A stretch of DNA of 64,000 nucleotides from Candidatus Cloacimonadales bacterium (GTDB lineage Bacteria; Cloacimonadota; Cloacimonadia; Cloacimonadales; DAONDQ01), in contig OY759316.1 of the NCBI GenBank assembly GCA_963662275.1, positions 544,001 to 608,000 on the forward strand, given 5' to 3'. The notes under the pieces were generated by a model that saw only the letters and a list, made by a program, of their open reading frames with translations, made no database searches and was not told where the DNA came from. Below are positions 1 through 9,679 of the stretch, piece by piece. The position numbers were made by a program, and so were the translations under genes. How positions within the stretch are numbered: position 1 is the first letter of the stretch; each line of letters opens with the position of its first letter.

Positions 1-873
1 CAATTCCACCCTACCGCTTTTTATCAACTCGGTGTCAAACCTTTCCTGGTGAGTGAAGCGGTGAGGGGAGAAGGTGCTATACTCAGGTTGCAGGATGGAT
101 CGTCATTTATGGAAAGATACCATCCTTTGGGTAATCTTGCCCCGCGTGATGTAGTATCTCGGGCAATAGATGCAGAATTAAAAAAACGAGGAGATAAGTT
201 CCTCTTCCTGGATGCAACTGGTTTAGACGCAAACCATCTCCGAAAAAGATTTCCCTATATCGATAAAAAGTGTAAAAAAAATGGCATAGATTTTACGACT
301 CAACCTATCCCAATTGCACCTGCGGCGCATTATTTCTGTGGTGGAATCCTTTCGACGATAGATGGTCAAACAGATATCAAGAATCTCCTGGCAGCCGGAG
401 AAGTTGCCTGTACCGGTTTACATGGAGCCAATCGATTGGCATCTAATTCATTACTGGAAGCATTGGTAGTCGCATATCGGGCTGGCAATCATCCCAGTAA
501 TGCGGATAAAACTGACTTCCCTGATATTCCTGAATGGCAGGATTTAGGAACCTATAACGAAAATGAATGGGTAATTATTTCTCATAATCGTGAAACTTTG
601 GGTGCAATTATGCAAGGATATGTAGGTATCAGACGCACAAGGAGATTACTGAAATATGCTCTATCACATGTCGAAAATATCTATAATGAGATTAACAACT
701 TCTATAATCACAATTCCGTAAGCAAGGAAGTTATTGAAACAAGAAACCTAGCAATCATCGCACTGATGATCATTCGTTCTGCGATATCACGCAAAGAGAG
801 CCGAGGGGCGCATTATGTTGTTGATTATCCGAATCGTGATGATTTGCATTTTAACAAGGATACAATCATCTGA
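1..873 (+). CDS. nadB: L-aspartate oxidase, 5'-truncated by window edge
   Basis: Frame open from base 1 (QFHPT...SEAVRGEG); motifs LAPRDVVSRAI, PAAHYFCGG, GLHGANRLASNSLLE, ESRGAHY. Confidence 0.93.
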   Translation, partial: QFHPTAFYQLGVKPFLVSEAVRGEGAILRLQDGSSFMERYHPLGNLAPRDVVSRAIDAELKKRGDKFLFLDATGLDANHLRKRFPYIDKKCKKNGIDFTTQPIPIAPAAHYFCGGILSTIDGQTDIKNLLAAGEVACTGLHGANRLASNSLLEALVVAYRAGNHPSNADKTDFPDIPEWQDLGTYNENEWVIISHNRETLGAIMQGYVGIRRTRRLLKYALSHVENIYNEINNFYNHNSVSKEVIETRNLAIIALMIIRSAISRKESRGAHYVVDYPNRDDLHFNKDTII

Positions 874-1496
874 TGAAAGGTTTATTTATTACATTTGAAG
901 GAATGGAAGGCTGTGGGAAAAGTACCCAAGCCAAATTGCTACAAGATTATTTGCTAAACTTGAAGTATGATGTAATGCTCACTCGTGAACCTGGCGGACC
1001 AAGAATCTCTGAAGAAATTCGCAGCTTACTGTTAAAACCTGAATTCACGGAAATGATGCCGGTTACTGAAGTCCTGCTATATATGGCAAGCCGCAGCCAG
1101 CATGTGGGAGAGTGGATCATTCCAACATTAATGCAAGGAAAAATTGTTATTTCAGATCGATATACTGATTCTACATTAGCCTATCAAGGGGCTGCCAGGA
1201 AAGTTGATTTTGGTATGATCAGACGTCTGAATCGTTTTGCCACTTTTGCTACTGAACCTGATATCACGATATTAATTGACGTTCCCGTAAAAACAGGTTT
1301 AAGTAGGATAGAATCAAGGATTTTAGATCGCTTAGAGATGGAAGACTATGCATTTCATCAAAAGGTTCGAAGGAAATTTTTATTTATTGCCAAAAGAAAT
1401 CCGCAACGGTTTCTTGTTATTGACGGTAAATTGGGGATAGAAGCTATACATCAGTTGATATGTAAAGCTGTTGTTAATAAATTGAAAGAGGTATAA
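873..1496 (+). CDS. tmk: Thymidylate kinase
   Basis: FITFEGMEGCGKSTQ P-loop, TREPGG, SDRYTDSTLAYQG; TGATG overlap with nadB. Confidence 0.95.
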   Translation: MKGLFITFEGMEGCGKSTQAKLLQDYLLNLKYDVMLTREPGGPRISEEIRSLLLKPEFTEMMPVTEVLLYMASRSQHVGEWIIPTLMQGKIVISDRYTDSTLAYQGAARKVDFGMIRRLNRFATFATEPDITILIDVPVKTGLSRIESRILDRLEMEDYAFHQKVRRKFLFIAKRNPQRFLVIDGKLGIEAIHQLICKAVVNKLKEV

Positions 1497-1497
1497 T

Positions 1498-3123
1498 ATG
1501 AAGATGAACAAACCGAACAAAGTTCTCCTTCTTGTACTAACCACCATTTGGTTATTAGGTGGAGTTTTTGCATTTAGCGCAGCTAAGGCATTTGCCCAGG
1601 AAAAAGGACAGGAAACAGATCTATATAAGAATCTTCGTCTCTTCAATGAAGTTCTCATGAAATTGAAGACAAATTACGTGGGTGATTTGAATAATCAAAC
1701 ATTGATCGAAGATGCAATCAATGGGATGCTCTCAGATGTGGATCCTCATACAAATTTCTTTTCACCAGACGAATTTGCCGATTTTACGACTACCACAAAA
1801 GGCGAATTTGGAGGACTTGGTATTCAAATCGATAAAAAGGGTGATTATATAACAGTAGTCTCTCCTATTCAGGGAACACCAGCATTTAAAATGGGTATCA
1901 TGGCTGGCGATAAGATAACGAAAGTGGATGGTGTCAATGTTGTTGGCATCACGACAGATGATGTGATTAAGAAAATGCGGGGTCCGAAAGGCTCTAAAGT
2001 GACTATAACGATTGTCCGTCCTGGCGTAAAAGATCCGCTTGATTTTGATATTATCAGAGATATTATTACCATCAAGAGCGTATCCTATTCCTTCAAATTA
2101 GATAACGGTATTGGATATGTTCGAATCAATCAGTTCAACAGCCATACAACAGATGAATTGAAAGTAGCTCTCGATAACCTGGAAAAACAAGGTATCAAAG
2201 GATTAATCATTGATCTTCGTAATAATCCAGGTGGTATTTTAAATGAAGCCATAGATACCGTAAATGAGTTCATTGGAAAGGATAAACTCGTTGTATTTAC
2301 AAAAGGTCGTCTAAAAGATGCAAACATGGAGTATTTTACTCGATACGATCGAATTCGATCTGGCTATCCTGTCATTGTGATGATTAATGAAGCCAGTGCC
2401 AGTGCAGCAGAAATCTTTGCTGGTTCGCTGCAGGATTGGGATAAAGGACTGATCGTTGGTAAAACATCATTTGGTAAAGGTTCAGTTCAACAGATATTCC
2501 CATTATCTGATGGATACGGGATGAAAATAACAACAGCTAAATACTTTATCAAATCCGGTAGAGGTATTCATAAAGAGATCAATGATAGATTGTTACGTGG
2601 TAAGGAAGTCACAGAAGCAGATAAGGAAAAAGCGGTTGAAGATAGTCATAAGGAGATCTTCCATACCATGAATGGACGCATCGTTTATGGAGGAGGAGGA
2701 ATTACTCCTGACTTGGAAATCAACAGTCCTTTGTTAACCAAGTTTGAAGTTGAACTGCGACGTAAGAATGTATTCTTCAATTATTCTGTTGATTATATGG
2801 TTAAACATCAACATAAGGTTTTGGATAATTACAGAGTTGATGATGCCACGTTCAATGATTTCCTGGGTTATGTTAAAGACCAGGGAATTACCTATACGCC
2901 AACAGACTTAGATAGCGCCCGGACATTTATGAAAATTTCCTTAGAAAGTGATATCATAGCGAAAAAAGATGATGTTGCTTCCTATAAGCATGCTTTGACA
3001 ATGGATGAACAATTTCAGAATACAGTTAAAATCTTTGACGATCATCCGACACTCGAAAGTATGTATCAATACGCTGAAGTAATCAATAAAGATAGGAAAG
3101 ATAAAAATGCCAAACAAAGATGA
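1498..3123 (+). CDS. ctpA: S41 carboxy-terminal processing protease with PDZ domain
   Basis: Signal/TM N-terminus, DPHT, GEFGGLGIQI, DLRNNPGG, SASAAEIFAG, GKTSFGKGSVQ. Confidence 0.92.
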   Translation: MKMNKPNKVLLLVLTTIWLLGGVFAFSAAKAFAQEKGQETDLYKNLRLFNEVLMKLKTNYVGDLNNQTLIEDAINGMLSDVDPHTNFFSPDEFADFTTTTKGEFGGLGIQIDKKGDYITVVSPIQGTPAFKMGIMAGDKITKVDGVNVVGITTDDVIKKMRGPKGSKVTITIVRPGVKDPLDFDIIRDIITIKSVSYSFKLDNGIGYVRINQFNSHTTDELKVALDNLEKQGIKGLIIDLRNNPGGILNEAIDTVNEFIGKDKLVVFTKGRLKDANMEYFTRYDRIRSGYPVIVMINEASASAAEIFAGSLQDWDKGLIVGKTSFGKGSVQQIFPLSDGYGMKITTAKYFIKSGRGIHKEINDRLLRGKEVTEADKEKAVEDSHKEIFHTMNGRIVYGGGGITPDLEINSPLLTKFEVELRRKNVFFNYSVDYMVKHQHKVLDNYRVDDATFNDFLGYVKDQGITYTPTDLDSARTFMKISLESDIIAKKDDVASYKHALTMDEQFQNTVKIFDDHPTLESMYQYAEVINKDRKDKNAKQR

Positions 3124-3730
3124 ATTTGGAATGTCCATATACGTAGCTGATGATGATTCTCTGAATCTGAAATACCTTAAAACAATCTTAACTCAAAACG
3201 GGTTTACAAATGTTGAGTTATTTCTTTCCGGAGAAGCCATGCTTGCCAGGATTCAAACTGCTGTACCAGATTTAATTTTACTTGATATTATGATGCCTGG
3301 GATGAGTGGATATGATGTATGCCGTTCGGTAAAAACAAATTCCAAATGGCAGCATATACCTATTATCATGATTACAGCAGCTTCTTTGGAAGAGGAAATG
3401 GAGCCTCTACGCTTAAGTTTTGAATTAGGAGCTATGGATTATATCAGCAAACCATTCAAACCTATCGAATTGGTAATGCGGATAAAATCAGCTCTTCGGA
3501 TGGAAATGCAAAGAAAGGAATTAGAATATGCTTTAGAAACGGTAAAAAGGCTGGAGAAGCTTCTGCCCATCTGTTCCTACTGTAAGAAGGTCAGAAATGA
3601 CCAGAATTACTGGCAAGAAGTGGAAGTATATATTTCCGATAACACTGATACCGTATTTAGTCATAGTATCTGTCCTGATTGTTATTCCAAGTTTGTAAAA
3701 CCACAGTTGGATGAGCTACGAAAAAAATGA
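3107..3730 (+). CDS. Response regulator receiver with C-terminal Cys-rich domain
   Basis: ADDD, DLILLDIMMPGMSG, DYISKPF; C-terminal LPICSYCKKVR...SHSICPDC. Confidence 0.88.
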   Translation: MPNKDEFGMSIYVADDDSLNLKYLKTILTQNGFTNVELFLSGEAMLARIQTAVPDLILLDIMMPGMSGYDVCRSVKTNSKWQHIPIIMITAASLEEEMEPLRLSFELGAMDYISKPFKPIELVMRIKSALRMEMQRKELEYALETVKRLEKLLPICSYCKKVRNDQNYWQEVEVYISDNTDTVFSHSICPDCYSKFVKPQLDELRKK

Positions 3731-3779
3731 AGAATATCTGATATTAAATAAGAGAAATTAAGCGAACGATTATCAATAT

Positions 3780-3813
3780 AACTCTATCTCATATCCATGA
3801 GATAGAGTTTTTT
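3780..3813 (+). terminator. Intrinsic terminator after nadB-tmk-ctpA-RR operon
   Basis: 13-bp stem AACTCTATCTCAT-atcc-ATGAGATAGAGTT followed by T-run. Confidence 0.8.
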
Positions 3814-4005
3814 ATTTATGAAAAGCTCAATACCGTGAAGAAACAGAGACTTTGAGATAAACCATAAAGAAATTCGTACTATGTTGTTTATTATCAACAG
3901 AAATTGATACATTTCAACAATTTGTAGTAATCAGCGTTAATAATCACCCCTTACGTAGAATACTAGTTACTAGCGTTACAAGCAGTTACGATTTATTTTT
4001 CAACG

Positions 4006-4021
4006 TGGCACATACAATGCA
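4006..4021 (+). promoter_or_regulatory. Sigma54 (-24/-12) promoter
   Basis: TGGCAC-ATACA-ATGCA with GG(4007-8)-N10-GC(4019-20); upstream palindrome TATCAA-N6-TTGATA at 3892-3909 in a typical enhancer position. Confidence 0.6.
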
Positions 4022-4031
4022 ATTAATATAT

Positions 4032-4240
4032 GTATAAGTGTTAAGTTTGAAGTGATGAATGACATCAAAGCTAAAAGTTGAGGGCAATAAATAAATGGCT
4101 TAGCTCTTCTGATCTGATTCTCTCCCTTCCATCAATGAGAAGGGCTAAGTCAAAATTCTACTGATTTTTGTGATGGCTCATTTGAGCTTAATTCCTCCAA
4201 ACCTAAATACGTAGACCCTCCGATGGAGGGTCTATTATTA
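4032..4240 (+). ncRNA. Candidate sigma54-dependent small RNA (no family recognised)
   Basis: No convincing ORF; 15-bp stem 4096-4110/4138-4152 with two G-U pairs valid only on + strand; CU-rich loop; ends in GC-rich hairpin; 5' end inferred from promoter. Confidence 0.5.
4212..4240. terminator. Terminator hairpin between the sRNA candidate and the convergent radical SAM gene
   Basis: TAGACCCTCC-gat-GGAGGGTCTA perfect 10-bp stem followed by TTATTA. Confidence 0.7.
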
Positions 4241-4242
4241 TA

Positions 4243-5268
4243 TTATACTTTCTTTTCCTCAATATTCAATTTCACACCTTCACCGCAATTTCGGCAAATG
4301 GAAATCGCTTTTCGATTTTCTAAGACTCGTTTACGAAAGCTCATATAGGAGGCATTTTTCCAAATAGAGGCAAGTGAGTTTTGGGATACATTTCCTACTT
4401 TATGCTCGATATCCTTATCATAACAACATATTCCGATGCTGCCATCCCAATTAACAACAGGACTTGTCCAAAGACGTCTACATCTGTTCCTGATGCCAAA
4501 TTTAAGTTCGAACTCACCAGAATTGATTTTGTATCTTCTATACTTTGGATTGAGAGGTAAAAATTCATCAATATCGCTTTTCTCATAAATCTGAGCCGTT
4601 TTAAGAATTAACTGATCAACGTTCATTTCCTTAGCAAGAAGTTTGATTTTATCAATCTCATGTTCATTATGTCTGAGTACTAGAAATTGTAAGTGAATTA
4701 AAGGGGTAGAAGAACCTATTCTATCCCGGGCTTCCAGAATGTTTTTAACATTCTTCCATACATTTTCAATATTACCATTAACTCGATATTTATTATAAGT
4801 AGCTTGGGTAGCACCGTCGAGAGAAATGATCATAGAATCCAAACCAGATCTGACAATGGCGTCCGCGTCCATATCTATATTTGCATTTGTTGAAACCATC
4901 GTAAAGAGTTTTTTATCTGAAGCATAACGCACCATTTCCAAGAAATCCTTATGTAAAAAAGGTTCTCCCTGGTTCCATAAGATTAACATAGTAGAATAGC
5001 GATAGAGTTCATCAACAACTTTCCTGAAAATCTGTAGATCCATATAACCACGTGGTCTTCTAAGAGTTTGGTTCCCGGATGGACATAACGGGCAGCGCAA
5101 ATTACAGATATTGGTTGGTTCAAACATAATTGAAGGAGGAAGACCCCAAACAATAGGTTTACGAGTTAAAAGAGATAGATAGTAAGAGAAATAAATCATA
5201 GCAGTATTAAGTAACCTATGCCAATGCAGACTTTTTAGGAGGATAGACTTATAATGCTGAAGCATCAA
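4243..5268 (-). CDS. Radical SAM protein with SPASM/twitch domain
   Basis: CNLRCPLC (CxxxCxxC), GEPFLH, C-terminal CRRLW...CCYD...CRNC. Confidence 0.88.
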   Translation of the reverse strand: MMLQHYKSILLKSLHWHRLLNTAMIYFSYYLSLLTRKPIVWGLPPSIMFEPTNICNLRCPLCPSGNQTLRRPRGYMDLQIFRKVVDELYRYSTMLILWNQGEPFLHKDFLEMVRYASDKKLFTMVSTNANIDMDADAIVRSGLDSMIISLDGATQATYNKYRVNGNIENVWKNVKNILEARDRIGSSTPLIHLQFLVLRHNEHEIDKIKLLAKEMNVDQLILKTAQIYEKSDIDEFLPLNPKYRRYKINSGEFELKFGIRNRCRRLWTSPVVNWDGSIGICCYDKDIEHKVGNVSQNSLASIWKNASYMSFRKRVLENRKAISICRNCGEGVKLNIEEKKV

Positions 5269-5272
5269 TTAC

Positions 5273-8200
5273 TCAATGATAAATGATGAATTGATCTATT
5301 TTTTCAGCACTCTTTGAACCGTTTTTTACTTTCACTTTATATAAATAAGTATTATTAGACAGATAATCTCCATCATCATCTTTACCATCCCAGGATATCT
5401 GATTGTACCCACGTTGTCCTTCCTGTTTGATGGTTCTTATCTTTTTACCGGTAATGGTATAGATCGACAAGCTTATTTGTCCATCCTCATTCAAGACAAG
5501 AGAGAAAATTCCATCCTTCTTCATTGGATTTGGATAAGGGAGCATTTTTAAAATTGAAAGAGATCCTGATTTTTTTGCAATGAAATGTGTTTCTGCTACA
5601 GTCGGTCTATTGAAATTGTCAAAAACAATAAGTTGCATTTTGTGTTGACCCTCAATCAGTTCTGGAAATTGGAATGATAAAGAACCCTTAACACAAGAAT
5701 TAGTATTATAGAAGAAATAGGGAGTTACATCATAGGGAAGGCTGCTATCATCTAGAACCAGAAGAATCTTGTGTCCGGCTCCACCTAGGATATTGACTCC
5801 TACACTATCTGAGATTTCTGCATATAAAAGAGGACTTGTAGATACTTCATCACCGTCTCTGAAAGCAGTTGTTTCAAGGAATAAATGAACGTCAGGACTA
5901 TCAGGGTTATTTGCAGTATATTCATGTCCCCTTAAAATTAAAGGTGCATAATAGCTGACATAATCCTTTTTAAGTTGCGTATCATAAAAGTAAGTGATGA
6001 TACGCGCAGTACTTCCTCCATTGATATCATCAGGGATCATAAACTTAGTTTCATAAGTACCCTGATTAATAGATACAGTACTTTTATATAAAGGATTGTT
6101 GTTTTTTGTATAACTAGAATTATCAGGCATTTTATAACGAAAATCACTGTCATAGACGCGTATATCAGCTTCACCATTCAAGCTGTTATTACCTAAATCT
6201 GCCGTTATTTGAGCAGTTTGGCGTGCCTGTAGTTGATTATTTGTAGTATTGATTATGATACCTGGTATTTTAGGAGGTGGGATTACGGATAAAAGTGGAT
6301 CACCTAATATTACATAGGTTGCATCATTATCATCAGCACCAGAACTGAACTTAGCCAGTCTCATGCTTTCACCAATCGATTTACTTTGATTAACAGCTCT
6401 TTCAAAGAAGAAATCCATGAGTATGGCATTTGGAGGTGCATAGCATTGTCTTGTTGAAGCTATTGAGGCAATCGCTCCGCCTGTTTCAAGGATTGCCAGT
6501 TTTTCAGCCAGGCAATCAAAAGTATAACTATCAAATTCACCGACATCACAAGAAGCTGCCAAAAATAGAGGCAGATGCTCCGAATTTTCTAGTCGTGACA
6601 TATCAGTAAAACCATTGAAATAATCTTCCGTACCTAGTTTATCAAAGGATCCATGTCCATTATAATACCAAATCAGTCGACCTTCATTCAATTTTGCAAT
6701 CATATCATCCCTAGTTTTAGGTTTATTGCCGAATTCATCAAAGTCATAATTGATCGCAAATAATTTATCAACCAGAACACTTCTATTTACAACCTGCGAG
6801 CCATGTTCCATATATTGGGAGTGAAACCACTCACCCGTCTCATCTCCATTCACATCATCATCTGCCAGGAATAACAAGGTATTTCTCCACCATCCTGGTT
6901 TAGGTTCAGTTTGATATTTGATGACCCGATTTAAGAGAAAATCCATCTCTGCAGTTGTTCTTGCCGGATAACGTCCAATTGCCAATTCCGGATAGCTGGA
7001 ATTTCCGGAACTGAGCATAACAAAATAATCATCGCTAGTTATTTCAGACCCAAACGCAAAAACTCTTTGAAAAACAATCATTTTATTTTTGCTTTCCGCT
7101 TGTCCTGTCTGATTACGCCAATCATTGGTACCGATACCAAGAAGAGTCACTGAAGTTAAAGCTGGTGCTGGATAATTATAATAACAGTAGCGGATAAATT
7201 GTCTGATAGCTGTAGGGTCAGGCATACCAGCATTGAATTGATTATAAATATCCTGTACATCAACAACTCGTGAGACAACGTTCAATTGTTCCTGGTAATA
7301 TGCCTTCAATTGTAATGCCTGAGGTTTAAATTCAATTGGGGTAATGATTAAATTATCAATAGCCTGAAGTTGCGATGTTAAAAGAACCGGATTTTCTGAA
7401 TGCAGATTACTAACACTCAAGTAATCTCCGTCTTGAACAGCATAAAAACGTGTATTTGCATTACCAGAAGCTTGAAATGCAAAGCCGTTATTAATCGTTT
7501 CATTATTGACCAAGTATACTTGGTTAAAAGTACTTACTTTGAATATCCTTGCCAGTGCTGTATTCACTGATGAGAATTCATAACGTATATTCTGATTATA
7601 ATCATCAGGATTAACATTGACTCGATATGCTTTCTGAGCAGTCTTTACCAAATTCTTTTCGTATTCAATCTGAAAATAATCCAAATAGATATTTTCAGAG
7701 CGTGTTCGATAGATAGTCAATTGAATCTGATTACTTCCTTCCTGGCAGAAACTCCCTGAATGAGTTACATTTGCATAGGTATCACCACTCCATGAGTAAT
7801 TGGAAATTACCGTAGAATCGTTTACTACCAGCCCCATTAAGTGATTTCCTCCTGAAGAACCTGCCATAGGTTGCTGCTGAAGAGTAGCAGTGATCGTCTG
7901 TGGAAAGTTCGTATTCAGATTTTCGATGTTAAAAGGATAATTATTATAAGTTGCAGTTGTACTGCCGGCAAGTAAACTCTGGAACATATGATAACCCATT
8001 GGTATTGGATCTCTTTTTAACTTGTCACTTTCCAGTTTGATTGTTTCAGGTTGTGATGTTCTTACCTGGCTAGGATTTCCAATTATACTAGTAAATTTCA
8101 TTCTTAAAGGAGCTGTTGGAAAAGATCCGGTATAAGTGAGCCAATATCTGACTGATTGAGAATACGGATTAAAAAATATTGGTGCATAGAAAAAATTTGA

Positions 8201-9157
8201 ATTTACATCTTGGAGAATTAGTGCATTCTGATTATAATCATCTCTGTCCTGACCATAAAATATGATTCTGTCACCCTGGTTAAAAATAGCACCATTTACC
8301 GCATCAATTAATAACGGAATCTCAGCAAAAGGAAGACCATTCTCGTATGATCTTGTAGACATTACCTGTCCACCGGTAGTGAAGATACGAATGGAATCCG
8401 GAGGCACATCCACAATATTCATAACAGCTCTCAATTGATCATACGTTATAGCATAGATCCCGTCCTGGGTCGCTTCGAAAGAATACCAATGATCTGAAAT
8501 GCTAAAATCAGCGAATTGAAGATTCGGGTTCTCCAAACCGCTCCAATATTGTGCTGAAGTTCCATTCAACATCTCTTTCTGAAACGAATCCTGTAATTTA
8601 TCTGTTTGTTGTTTACGCTGATTCACATTACCGCTGATATGTACCTGAAAGGAAATTGTACGATTGATAATTAGTTCTTTATGAGCTTCATCATAGGAAA
8701 ATGGATATATCCTTAGCACGACAAAATTCCATGAACGGTAATGCTGGACTGGTGATATTGTATAATTAGTGGTTAATACAGTACGGTAAGCTTCAAGGTT
8801 CATGCTATAGGTGTAAATATCAGCTTTTTTCCCTCTCTCGATTGTTGGGACTGGTTCAATAGGTAACTTGAGAGGTTGTTTTTCAACCTGGTTGGATGTA
8901 ACATTAATATGTGCATTTCCATCAGATGGAACTGCAATCTTATATTCCTGGAATGGTAAGTTAGGATGACCTTTTTCCGGGTGACCTGTCAGATCAGGAC
9001 AAAATATCTTCGTGTATTTTTCATTACTGTTCATCGTAAATTCCGGCAATCTAAATGATACTGTCAAATCTGATTTGCTTTGCTGATGAATATCAACAGC
9101 AGAAAATAAAGTAACAGCACCCCCCCAGACCAGAATAAAAAGCATCCATGCTTTCAT
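5273..9157 (-). CDS. PorU-like (type IX secretion sortase-like) peptidase C25 family protein with FlgD-Ig-type C-terminal domain
   Basis: Signal peptide; DIYNQFNAGMPDPTAIRQFI, SDDYF, AIGRYP, YNGHGS and ASCDVGEFD (His/Cys dyad), ILGDP; C-terminal YPNPM...IYTITGKKI...WDGKD. Confidence 0.8.
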   Translation of the reverse strand: MKAWMLFILVWGGAVTLFSAVDIHQQSKSDLTVSFRLPEFTMNSNEKYTKIFCPDLTGHPEKGHPNLPFQEYKIAVPSDGNAHINVTSNQVEKQPLKLPIEPVPTIERGKKADIYTYSMNLEAYRTVLTTNYTISPVQHYRSWNFVVLRIYPFSYDEAHKELIINRTISFQVHISGNVNQRKQQTDKLQDSFQKEMLNGTSAQYWSGLENPNLQFADFSISDHWYSFEATQDGIYAITYDQLRAVMNIVDVPPDSIRIFTTGGQVMSTRSYENGLPFAEIPLLIDAVNGAIFNQGDRIIFYGQDRDDYNQNALILQDVNSNFFYAPIFFNPYSQSVRYWLTYTGSFPTAPLRMKFTSIIGNPSQVRTSQPETIKLESDKLKRDPIPMGYHMFQSLLAGSTTATYNNYPFNIENLNTNFPQTITATLQQQPMAGSSGGNHLMGLVVNDSTVISNYSWSGDTYANVTHSGSFCQEGSNQIQLTIYRTRSENIYLDYFQIEYEKNLVKTAQKAYRVNVNPDDYNQNIRYEFSSVNTALARIFKVSTFNQVYLVNNETINNGFAFQASGNANTRFYAVQDGDYLSVSNLHSENPVLLTSQLQAIDNLIITPIEFKPQALQLKAYYQEQLNVVSRVVDVQDIYNQFNAGMPDPTAIRQFIRYCYYNYPAPALTSVTLLGIGTNDWRNQTGQAESKNKMIVFQRVFAFGSEITSDDYFVMLSSGNSSYPELAIGRYPARTTAEMDFLLNRVIKYQTEPKPGWWRNTLLFLADDDVNGDETGEWFHSQYMEHGSQVVNRSVLVDKLFAINYDFDEFGNKPKTRDDMIAKLNEGRLIWYYNGHGSFDKLGTEDYFNGFTDMSRLENSEHLPLFLAASCDVGEFDSYTFDCLAEKLAILETGGAIASIASTRQCYAPPNAILMDFFFERAVNQSKSIGESMRLAKFSSGADDNDATYVILGDPLLSVIPPPKIPGIIINTTNNQLQARQTAQITADLGNNSLNGEADIRVYDSDFRYKMPDNSSYTKNNNPLYKSTVSINQGTYETKFMIPDDINGGSTARIITYFYDTQLKKDYVSYYAPLILRGHEYTANNPDSPDVHLFLETTAFRDGDEVSTSPLLYAEISDSVGVNILGGAGHKILLVLDDSSLPYDVTPYFFYNTNSCVKGSLSFQFPELIEGQHKMQLIVFDNFNRPTVAETHFIAKKSGSLSILKMLPYPNPMKKDGIFSLVLNEDGQISLSIYTITGKKIRTIKQEGQRGYNQISWDGKDDDGDYLSNNTYLYKVKVKNGSKSAEKIDQFIIYH

Positions 9158-9457
9158 TAATATCTCCCTTTAACATTTAGGATACATAGCAATTAATCTG
9201 ATTATCTCTCTCTAGACTGCTGTCAAGCAAAATGAAAAAAAATTAATCTGACAAACCATTTATGAAAGTATTCGACTATTGATTTACTGTTACGAATCAT
9301 CAATTTATCATCTTCCAGTTCCCTTCTTCATCTAAACCAGTTCTCATCTACTCATGTATATAATTTGCCGGACAAATCCTAAAAGGCAAGAGAAAAATGA
9401 TATTTACCGTTGGCAAAGGCAGTTTCATTTACAGTCTCAAATAAAATTAAGTAAGTT

Positions 9458-9525
9458 TCATCTAGGCATCATCTAGGGATCATCTAGGAATCATCTAGAC
9501 TTTTTTAGATTTTCTTCAGGTTTTC
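9458..9525. repeat. 11-bp tandem repeat x4 with degenerate inverted arm
   Basis: TCATCTAGGCA/TCATCTAGGGA/TCATCTAGGAA/TCATCTAGACT (9458-9501), then TAGAT at 9506. Confidence 0.8.
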
Positions 9526-9679
9526 TTTATTTCTTGCTTTATTTCTATTTTTCTCATCTTCCCAAAGACCTATATGGTACTAACAAGCTTCTGCTTATAT
9601 CTTCATTTTTTATAGACAGGAAACATCCTTTTGCACAATGGGTATTCTTCTATAATAATTTTTCAATAAAGGAGAGAGA

